A DNA stretch of 64,000 nucleotides, from NCBI GenBank assembly GCA_045863855.1, contig BTVV01000011.1:1-64000 (forward strand), written 5' to 3'. The stretch comes from Planctomycetota bacterium. GTDB taxonomy: Bacteria; Planctomycetota; SZUA-567; H5-PLA8. The notes under the pieces were generated by a model that did not search any database, was not told where the DNA came from, and saw only the letters and a program-made list of their open reading frames with translations. The position numbers and the translations under genes are program-made. Positions 46,811-54,533 of this stretch are shown piece after piece. Positions within the stretch are counted from its first letter, which is position 1. Each line of letters begins with the position of its first letter.

Positions 46811-47230
46811 TCAGCGTGCGCGAAGGGGAGAGGCGGGGGCGTTCGAGGGCAGGGCCTGCTCGTGCGCCATGCGCGCATGGAAATAGACCGATGCGGCCAA
46901 GACGCCCGACAGGAGCAGGACCGTCGCCAGTGCGCCGTTCGAGGGCTTCCCGCGAGCCATCAGATAGAGCCCGTAAAGTCCGAAGAATCCAGTCGCAAAT
47001 ACCGGGGGAAGCAACTCGAGCGGTCCCATGGTTTCAGCTTGCAGCGTGGACCAACTGGGAATCAGCAGCCACCAGATGCCCAACCCCAAGCCCAGCAGCA
47101 TCGCGCCGCCCGCACGCACCCAGAGCCGTTGCCTGCGCCGCGAAGCAAAGAGCAACTCGCGCTGGCTCTTGGAGAGCTGCACGGTCTGGGTCGAGGTAAT
47201 CAGACTGGAAGGAGTCGCCATGATGCCCAT
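46811..47230 (-). CDS. Hypothetical membrane protein (3 TM)
   Basis: Three hydrophobic segments. Confidence 0.5.
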   Translation of the reverse strand: MGIMATPSSLITSTQTVQLSKSQRELLFASRRRQRLWVRAGGAMLLGLGLGIWWLLIPSWSTLQAETMGPLELLPPVFATGFFGLYGLYLMARGKPSNGALATVLLLSGVLAASVYFHARMAHEQALPSNAPASPLRAR

Positions 47231-47317
47231 GCGTATTCTAACATGGTGCAGGCGGTAAAGTCACGCATGCACGAGTAGAAAAAGGTTGCACGAGTGAGCT
47301 TTTGGGTCGTGGACCGA

Positions 47318-48202
47318 TCAGGGTGTGTTTTGTTCCGCTTGGATTTCGGCTTCCAATTGGGCATGGAGGAAGGCTCTTAACGCGGCATCCGGTTCGCGTT
47401 TCACGAGCCACCGCGCAAGCGCGAATCGATCGGCGAATTCGCTGGGGCTCTTGCCGGTCGAATGCTGCATGTGGTAGTCGTGCGCCCAACGCCGCAACAT
47501 TCGGAAGCGGTTCCAGACGCCGGAGGCATCCCACGACGAACTCAGCTTGGCGATATTCCGTTCGCAGATCAGCATGGCGTAGCGCATGGCCACGTCCCGC
47601 GTCAGGCTCGTGCGCGGATGTATAAACGGGCAGTAGAGAAACGTGACGCTCACTTGCTGGCCGCGCCCGCCTTCGGGGCGGCCGGCCACCACCTGGACCT
47701 GGTCGAAAGCCGGCGCTTCGGGCAGGACTCCGCTCGTGTATAGATCTTCGGCGAAGTCGGTCAGGCGCGATTCGGTGACGCTGTCCTTGGTCAGATTCAA
47801 GAATGCTTCGGTTTGATCGTCGGGCAGGATAAAATCGAGGTCCACGGTTTCGACTTCGTGGAGATTCCGAACGTACGCCTGTGTGCCGACGGAGAAACAC
47901 GCGGCGACGAGCATCGCGGCCACCATGGACGCGAGCGAGAAACGGCGAACGAACAGGAGGAGCGCGCCGTAGACGCCGCAGAAGGCCGCGGCCAGCGTCA
48001 TCGGCGCGCCTTTCCATGTGTCGGGCGCAAAGGAGAGCGCGCCCAGCGGGCTGCGCATGAGCAGCACTGTCAAGGCGCCCGCGGCCAGCAGAAGCATCAG
48101 ACCCAGACCGCGCATCCACCGGGACGTGCCGCCAGGCGTCGCGAGCTTTGGTTCGGGGACCGGCGCAAGGGAGGGCGGGTCTTGGGCTTCGTTCACGCCC
48201 AA
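47318..48202 (-). CDS. Hypothetical membrane protein (3 TM + soluble domain), paralog of 48239-49222
   Basis: WKG..YGALLLFVRRFSLA; F(I/W)LPD; F(L/E)(Y/F)CP; LARWL..E.D..FL.A shared with neighbour. Confidence 0.65.
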   Translation of the reverse strand: MGVNEAQDPPSLAPVPEPKLATPGGTSRWMRGLGLMLLLAAGALTVLLMRSPLGALSFAPDTWKGAPMTLAAAFCGVYGALLLFVRRFSLASMVAAMLVAACFSVGTQAYVRNLHEVETVDLDFILPDDQTEAFLNLTKDSVTESRLTDFAEDLYTSGVLPEAPAFDQVQVVAGRPEGGRGQQVSVTFLYCPFIHPRTSLTRDVAMRYAMLICERNIAKLSSSWDASGVWNRFRMLRRWAHDYHMQHSTGKSPSEFADRFALARWLVKREPDAALRAFLHAQLEAEIQAEQNTP

Positions 48203-48238
48203 GTTGTACCGGCGCGGAGCGTTTGAGTCACGCGGCGG

Positions 48239-49222
48239 CTACGGATTGAGTTTGAAATGCGCTTCCAGGAATTCTTTGCGCTCTGCATCCGTCTCGTTTT
48301 CCAAGAGCCAAGTTCGGGCGCGGTCCAGTTCGACCACGTATTTCGCCCGACCGTTTGAGGCGTCCAGTCGATTCCAGTCCACTTGGCTTTGGGCAAGCGT
48401 GGAAACCAAGCGATTGGTCTTGTTCAGCAGTTCGCGCTTCATGTAGAGCCGCACCAAGGCATCTTGTTCGGCGGGCGGGTTGAGATAGAGCGCATGCAGG
48501 TCGGGTTTTTCGCCCAGCGCGCGCAAACCCTCGAATTGCGCCATCCAGCCGGCGTACGCGATCAACGCGGCGCGTTCTTCGGGATTAACCTTGTACACGC
48601 GAGGGCAGAATTCGAAGCCGAGGAGGATATAGACGCTAGACGTACTGACTTCCGCCTGGGCTTGTTTGCCGACGGACTGCTTGTACGCGACGGTGTAGCG
48701 CACGTGCAGCGCCTCGTAGCTTCGAGCGCTGGCGTAACCGCCTTTTACCAGCCGCTCGTTCAAGGCACTCATCGCTTCCGGCGAGAGTTCCTTCTGCGCG
48801 CGGGACATGAAGGCCGGCAACGCGCGATCGGGGAGCCAGAAGCTGCTCTTGTACTCTTCATCTTCGACGATGGAGTGAACTTGATCGTGGGCGAAGGAGG
48901 TGAGCGCCACGGCGAGCACGATGGAGACCCACAAAGCGGCGATCGAAAAACGCTTCAAAAAGAGAAGCAGGCCTCCGTAACAGCCCAGTACGCCCGCCGC
49001 CGGAAGCAGCAGGTCGCCCTTCCACAGTCCGCCCGCCCATTCCCAGGCGCCTCTGGAGTCATAGGCATAAAGCGCCAGACATCCGGCCGCGAACACCAGG
49101 AGTCCCAGTCCCACTCTTTGCACCGTGGTGAGAGAAAGGGGATGGCTTGGCGCGCGCCTCCTGCGTTTGGGCCGTGGTTCGGCGACAGGTTCGGCGGGCA
49201 GCGCGCTGCGGGTCATGATCAT
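48239..49222 (-). CDS. Hypothetical membrane protein (3 TM + soluble domain), paralog of 47318-48202
   Basis: WKG..YGGLLLFLKRFSIA; FWLPD; FEFCP; RARTWLLENETD..FLEA. Confidence 0.65.
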   Translation of the reverse strand: MIMTRSALPAEPVAEPRPKRRRRAPSHPLSLTTVQRVGLGLLVFAAGCLALYAYDSRGAWEWAGGLWKGDLLLPAAGVLGCYGGLLLFLKRFSIAALWVSIVLAVALTSFAHDQVHSIVEDEEYKSSFWLPDRALPAFMSRAQKELSPEAMSALNERLVKGGYASARSYEALHVRYTVAYKQSVGKQAQAEVSTSSVYILLGFEFCPRVYKVNPEERAALIAYAGWMAQFEGLRALGEKPDLHALYLNPPAEQDALVRLYMKRELLNKTNRLVSTLAQSQVDWNRLDASNGRAKYVVELDRARTWLLENETDAERKEFLEAHFKLNP

Positions 49223-49279
49223 GCTATTTAAGACGAACGGCGGATGACTACGTGACCGCGCTATATATTTTGGGCGGTT

Positions 49280-49807
49280 TCAGTCCGGATATCGGATCAG
49301 GCTGTGAACGTCGTACGGGGCGAGCCTCTCGCGGCCTTTCAGGAAATCCAGTTCGATGATGAAGCCGCAGCCAATCACCACTCCGCCCAAGCCTTCGACG
49401 AGCTTCGCGCTGGCGACCATGGTGCCGCCGGTGGCCAGAAGGTCGTCGAGCAAGAGCACGTGATCGCCGGGCTTGATCGCGTCTTCGTGAATGGTGAGCG
49501 TGTCTTTGCCGTATTCGAGGTCGTAGGTGACGGACTTGGTTTTGAAGGGCAGCTTGCCCGGTTTGCGTACGGGCACGAAACCTGCGCCCAGGTGGTAGGC
49601 CACCGCCGGCCCGAGGATGAAACCGCGCGCTTCGGCGCTGACCACCAGATCGACGCGCGTCCCGAAATAGTGCACGAACATCGCATCGACGATGTAGCGC
49701 AGCGCGGTCGGATTGCTGAGCAGGGGAACGATGTCCTTAAAGACGATCCCGGGCTTGGGAAAGTCGGGGATATCGCGCACGAGGCTCTTTAAATTCACGG
49801 GCTGCAT
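49280..49807 (-). CDS. apt: Adenine phosphoribosyltransferase
   Basis: DFPKPGIVFKDI, EARGF, VRKPGKLP, LLLDDLLATGGT. Confidence 0.97.
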   Translation of the reverse strand: MQPVNLKSLVRDIPDFPKPGIVFKDIVPLLSNPTALRYIVDAMFVHYFGTRVDLVVSAEARGFILGPAVAYHLGAGFVPVRKPGKLPFKTKSVTYDLEYGKDTLTIHEDAIKPGDHVLLLDDLLATGGTMVASAKLVEGLGGVVIGCGFIIELDFLKGRERLAPYDVHSLIRYPD

Positions 49808-49830
49808 ACGGACTGCTCCAGTTCAAGGCT

Positions 49831-50949
49831 TCAGGACTTGCTGCCCTTTTTGTTCGCCGGGGTTTCGGGATCCGGCGGCACGGCGGGCAAGCGCGTACTC
49901 ATGCGGCGGCGTGGCGGGCTGCGTTGGGCGCGCGCGGGCGGAGGCGCCTTTTCTTCATCTTCGGCTTCTCCGGCTTCGCGAATTTCATTGGGCGTGGGCG
50001 GGCGCAGCCCGAACTTCTCGGCCTCCTTGCGCCGCTGCCGCAGTTCCCGGCGCTCGCGCTCTTCGCGCTCGTCCTTTTGTTGCATAAACAGTTGGAGCTT
50101 ATGCAGCGCCTGATTCTCGATCTGCCGGACGCGCTCGCGCGTGAGCCCAATGCGCTCGCCGATTTTCTCCAGCGTGTGCGCCTCTTCCTCGCCCAGCCCG
50201 TAGCGCAGTTCGACGATCTTGCGCTCGCGGTCGGTCAGCGCGTACTCGAGCGCGTGCTTCAACGCTTCCATGTCGTACGACTCGAGGCCCAGTTCCTCTT
50301 CGCGGCTGGGCACGCCGGCGAGCTGGTCGTCGATGTCGAGCGTGTCTTCCTGGTCGCCGCCGCGGCCCGTGGGCGCCACCGCCGAAAGGGCCTGCCGGAT
50401 CGCGATGATCTTGGCCGGCGCGAGTTTCAACGCTTTGCCGATTTCCTCGGGCGAAGGTTCGCGGCCCAGCTTTTGAGAAAGTTCGGCGCTCTTGCGCTTC
50501 CACTTGGTGATGATCTCGACCATGTACGCCGGAACGCGCACGGACTTGACCTTGTTGATCAATCCGCGGCGGATGGTCTGCTTAATCCACCAAGATGCGT
50601 AAGTCGAGAATTTGCAGCCTTGGTCGGGCGAAAAGCGCACGACGGCCTTGAGGAGACCCAAGTTGCCTTCTTCAATCAGATCCAGCAGGGACATCCCGCG
50701 GTTGGTGTAGTTCTTGGCGATGGAGACGACCAGGCGCAGGTTCGAACGAATCATGCGATCGCGCGCCGCCATATCGTCTTTGGCGATACGGTACGCGAGT
50801 TCGCGTTCTTCATGCGGCTTCAGCAAGGCAAACTTGCTGATTTCCTGGAGGTACAGCTCCAGTTCGGTGTCGTTGCTGGCCGTGGCAAGGCTCCTCAATG
50901 CAGGGCCGGGGGGGTGGCGTGAAATGACCCGCCGGTCGAAATACCTCAC
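49831..50949 (-). CDS. Sigma70 factor, RpoD/RpoS-like, lacking region 1.1
   Basis: YLQEI, SNLRLVVSIAKNY, DLIEEGNLGL, KFSTYASWWI, TRERVRQIE; charged C-terminal tail; start uncertain. Confidence 0.9.
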   Translation of the reverse strand: MRYFDRRVISRHPPGPALRSLATASNDTELELYLQEISKFALLKPHEERELAYRIAKDDMAARDRMIRSNLRLVVSIAKNYTNRGMSLLDLIEEGNLGLLKAVVRFSPDQGCKFSTYASWWIKQTIRRGLINKVKSVRVPAYMVEIITKWKRKSAELSQKLGREPSPEEIGKALKLAPAKIIAIRQALSAVAPTGRGGDQEDTLDIDDQLAGVPSREEELGLESYDMEALKHALEYALTDRERKIVELRYGLGEEEAHTLEKIGERIGLTRERVRQIENQALHKLQLFMQQKDEREERERRELRQRRKEAEKFGLRPPTPNEIREAGEAEDEEKAPPPARAQRSPPRRRMSTRLPAVPPDPETPANKKGSKS

Positions 50950-51244
50950 ACCTTATATAGAGATGTGTGCTCAGGTATGCAAGTCGGTGTCATGCTTAGC
51001 TCTGGAGTACTTTGAGAGTTGGGAATCGAGGTCGGCTGGCCTTCGCGCCGATTACGTAAGATTATTAAGCAAAAGGCTTTACGAGTAAAAATACAAAACT
51101 GCTCGCACATTCTTTCTTGACAGACCCGTTTCTGCGGATACTAGTTACCTTCACAAGTCGTTAGCCTGTGTTAAGTTAGTTGAACGGCCCACGCCGCAGC
51201 GCGGTAGCGCTACGGAACCCTGAACTCTGCAGGAGGCTTCATTC

Positions 51245-51598
51245 ATGTCGGTAACCAAGAACGACATGGTAATCGAGATTGCCAAGAAGACCGGCATCGA
51301 GCAGCAAAAGGTCAAGCAGGTCGTGCAGTTAACTCTCGATACCATCATCGATATCTTGGCCAAGGAGGGGCGCATCGAACTGCGCAACTTCGGGGTCTTC
51401 GAAGTCCGCACGCGTAAGCCGCGCAAAGCTCGCAACCCGCGTACGGGTGAAGAGGTTATGGTCAGTAGCAAGCGCGTGGTGACCTTTAAAGCCGGTAAGA
51501 TCATGGATGAGCGGATCGGCGAGATCATCGATGCGCAAAACGCCGCGGCGGCTGCCGCAGGCGGGCTGCCGGCTTCGGGTGCTTCGACCGGGGGTTAA
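51245..51598 (+). CDS. Integration host factor / HU family DNA-binding protein
   Basis: VTKNDM..GRIELRNFGVF..ARNPRTGE..VTFKAGK; AGGAGG RBS; TTGACA at 51117. Confidence 0.93.
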   Translation: MSVTKNDMVIEIAKKTGIEQQKVKQVVQLTLDTIIDILAKEGRIELRNFGVFEVRTRKPRKARNPRTGEEVMVSSKRVVTFKAGKIMDERIGEIIDAQNAAAAAAGGLPASGASTGG

Positions 51599-51610
51599 GG
51601 CCCCGGTTGG

Positions 51611-51706
51611 ACCGCAGCTTCCCACCACCACGACGAGCTTCTCGGTAACTCTTTATCGGCCTGGAGTTAACACCCGCGTGCCAGCGCGGGTGTGGGGTGC
51701 GGTTTT
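51611..51706. ncRNA. Candidate multi-stem structured RNA (unassigned family)
   Basis: Closing stem ACCGCA..TCCCA / TGGGG..TGCGGT encloses hairpins CGAG/CTCG, TAACTC/GAGTTA and CACCCGCG/CGCGGGTG; followed by T-run. Confidence 0.4.
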
Positions 51707-51853
51707 GACTTATGTGTACTTGGTGGAACCCGTGCTCGCTCACGGTACACTTTCGCACGTCTCACCTTGCAGAAACGCGGGACGCTGCCGGCCTCAAGAG
51801 GATGGCAGTCCCGGTGCGTTTATAACTCAATAAGAGGAAAGCTCGAATCTTCC

Positions 51854-52531
51854 GTGGTGCAGCCTCAGTCTAAAGGCCATGCAGAGCCCCAGGCGGGCGC
51901 TGCGACCGGAGCCGACTCCGACGCGGATCTCGTGGATCGCGCCGTAGCCGGCCAGCGGGAGGCGTACGAAGCGCTGGTGGAGCGCTATCAGGATCGTGTC
52001 TTTTCGTTGCTTCTGCGGCAGACCGGCTCGCGCGAAGACGCGGAAGATCTGGCCCAGGAGACATTCCTTAAAGCATACCGAGCGCTGGGCAGTTTTCGCA
52101 AGGGCGCGCAGTTTTACACGTGGCTGTTCCGGATTGCCGTCAACGCGGCTTTCTCGCGCGGCCGGCAGACGGCTCGCCGCGCGGCGCGCGAAGGCGTGAG
52201 CCTGGACGGCGGACATACGGAGGCGGACGAAGGGGGCGCGTTGGGGCGCCAAATGGAGCAGACGAGCGCTCGCGCGCCGGAAGAAGAACTGGAGCGCGAA
52301 GACGTGCGCCGGCGCGTGCGGGAAGGACTGGCGCAGATCAAAGAGGAGTATCGCGCCATTCTGCTGCTGCGCGAAATGGAAGGCATGGATTACGACGCTA
52401 TCGGGGACGCGCTGGAGCTTTCGAGGGCGGCGGTGAAATCGAGGCTGCATCGCGCTCGGCTGGAACTGGCGCGCGTGCTAAAGGATCTGGCTCCGGACGG
52501 AGCAAGCGGAGCGGACGAGACGGAAGCGTGA
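51854..52531 (+). CDS. ECF sigma factor (RpoE-like)
   Basis: SDADLV..DAEDLAQETFLKAY..FYTWLFRIAVN; AVKSRLHRAR. Confidence 0.92.
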   Translation: MVQPQSKGHAEPQAGAATGADSDADLVDRAVAGQREAYEALVERYQDRVFSLLLRQTGSREDAEDLAQETFLKAYRALGSFRKGAQFYTWLFRIAVNAAFSRGRQTARRAAREGVSLDGGHTEADEGGALGRQMEQTSARAPEEELEREDVRRRVREGLAQIKEEYRAILLLREMEGMDYDAIGDALELSRAAVKSRLHRARLELARVLKDLAPDGASGADETEA

Positions 52532-52553
52532 GGACGGATCGGCGAAGCGGATC

Positions 52554-54152
52554 ATGAACGCGCACGAAGACCTGGATACGCGGCTGAGCGAATACCTCGA
52601 CGGAGAGTTGTCCGCCGAGGAGCGCGAAGCCGTCGAGCGCCTGCTCGCGCAGAGCGCCGAAGCTCGCGCCGAATTGGAGGCGCTGCGCCGCGCGTCGAAT
52701 TGGGTCCGCGAGTTGCCGCGGGAATCCGCGCCGGCGAACCTGCTTAATAAGGTGAGCGTCGGGATTCGCACGGAACCCGTGGCGTCTGGCAAGGCTGTCG
52801 AAGCCGGAGCCGAATTCGCGCGCGCGCATCGGCCCAGGCATTGGTCGCGCGGGATGCTCTCTGTTGCCGCGCTGGTCTGCGTCGCGGTGTTGCTGTTCGC
52901 ACTCGTCGGCCCGCAGATGCGCAATCAACCCGTTCCGCAGCCAGATGCAGCCGCGAAAAATAGCGTTCCTTCGGCATCCGCTCCCAAGGGAGAAGATAGC
53001 CGAGAAAGCCTGGATCGACTCGAGGCGGCTGCGGCCGAGCCGTTGGCGGCAGAGGATGCGGCGCCTTACGACGATGCGCACGCTGAATCCAAGGCGTCGC
53101 GGGCATGGGCGCCCAAAGATACGGCGCCGCCGGCCAAGGAATCCTTGAATCTGGACCCCAAGCGCCCCCGGGAAAACGAATATTTAAAGAAGGAAGAAGG
53201 AGGCGGGAAACAGGCTGGCGCTTCGCGCGATACGACGAGCCAGGGCATCGGAAAAGTCGAGTCGGCGGATGCTGGGAGTCTTCCACGTGAGCCTGTGCTT
53301 GCGCCCAAACCGCAAGGGCCGGCCGAGCATCAAGTGGATGCGCCCAAGTCTCTGGCGACAGTAGGGCAAATCCCAGAGGCCAAGGCAGGGCCCTCGCCCT
53401 CGGCGCCTCCGGCGGAACTTCCGGCGCCGGAACCACGAGCGCAGGAAGCTCAACCGGTGCGCAGGCCTCGATCGCCTGTAACGAGCGGCGATGTGGATGT
53501 TGCTCGCCCCAACCAGGATGCTCAACCCCCAGGTCAGGAACAACCAGAAGGGGAAGCGAAAACTTTCGTTACCGATCAACCCAAGGCAGAAGCCGAGCTT
53601 AAGCAAGAAACCGAACTCCTCGATCAAGCCGCCGCGTCGATGGTACTAAGCGCTTCGCCTCAGGAATGGGCCGCGGTAACACGAGAAGTGATGGCACTGG
53701 CGCGCGTGCACGGCGGGCGATTGGACGCGTCCGGTCCGGCCCGCGCGGAACCGCCTGCACGCAGTCCCGTGCCGTCCGAAGCCACCGCTCCTGAAGCACC
53801 CGGCCGATCCGCAATCGAAGCGGGCGAGGGTGCGCGTTCGGACCTCGCGACTAAGTCGAAAGAGGTATCCGCAGACTCCCGGCCGCCAGCCCACTTGGTG
53901 CTTAAAGTTCGTGTTCCCAAGGCGCGACAGAGTGCACTGGTGAAGGATTTGGAGAAACTGGTGCAAAATGGCCGCTGGAGTCTTTCGACCGGCGCCAAAG
54001 CGGATGCTGCCAGGTCGGCCGAAGAAGCTCAGGTTGAAACTCCAGCGCCCACCAAACCAGCGCCGGCGCAAGAGGTTGCGGAAAACGACGAGGTTCGGAC
54101 CCTGATCGAATGGGTTGATGTCCTGATTGAGCTTCGCGACGGCACACGTTAA
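52554..54152 (+). CDS. Anti-sigma factor (no Zn ligands) with TM and long Pro/Ala/Glu-rich extracytoplasmic region
   Basis: LSEYLDGELSAEE..VERLL, TM, low-complexity stalk; adjacent to ECF sigma. Confidence 0.75.
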   Translation: MNAHEDLDTRLSEYLDGELSAEEREAVERLLAQSAEARAELEALRRASNWVRELPRESAPANLLNKVSVGIRTEPVASGKAVEAGAEFARAHRPRHWSRGMLSVAALVCVAVLLFALVGPQMRNQPVPQPDAAAKNSVPSASAPKGEDSRESLDRLEAAAAEPLAAEDAAPYDDAHAESKASRAWAPKDTAPPAKESLNLDPKRPRENEYLKKEEGGGKQAGASRDTTSQGIGKVESADAGSLPREPVLAPKPQGPAEHQVDAPKSLATVGQIPEAKAGPSPSAPPAELPAPEPRAQEAQPVRRPRSPVTSGDVDVARPNQDAQPPGQEQPEGEAKTFVTDQPKAEAELKQETELLDQAAASMVLSASPQEWAAVTREVMALARVHGGRLDASGPARAEPPARSPVPSEATAPEAPGRSAIEAGEGARSDLATKSKEVSADSRPPAHLVLKVRVPKARQSALVKDLEKLVQNGRWSLSTGAKADAARSAEEAQVETPAPTKPAPAQEVAENDEVRTLIEWVDVLIELRDGTR

Positions 54153-54533
54153 CTTAAATCAAATTAACAAGTTAGATCCATTTCAGGTCTGAATTTAGCG
54201 GCCTCGTGCATCCCCAATGGGATGGGCGAGGGAGACGCCCTAATTATGCACTAAATTAAGCTTCCTTAGTTTCCAAGGCTTCACACAACTTATTGAGTGG
54301 GCGCAAGCTAGCGGAGTGCTTGGAATGGGTCTGCACGAATGGTTAAGGAAAGTGAGCATATTTTTTCTATTGAAGGAGGGGGCGGGTACGACATAATGCC
54401 CGGAATTACCGAGGCCACACGCTCTAAGTCCTGGTAATTCCGGAGCTTCACGGGTGCTATCGGCCTGCCAGCCGAAGATTCGTGAAGGGCGGAAGATTAT
54501 GCTGTTTGGCCTGGGACGAAGTGGAGATTGGGC

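Noticed and set aside
51678..51685. GTGCCAGC as 16S rRNA fragment
   Set aside because: An 8-nt coincidence; the flanks do not resemble rRNA.
51744..51818. c-di-GMP-I (GEMM) riboswitch
   Set aside because: GGTACAC, GGGACGC, CCGGCCT and ATGGCAG fragments resemble it, but the GCAAA(G/A)C junction and a properly placed P1 GNRA hairpin are missing; needs cmscan to exclude fully.
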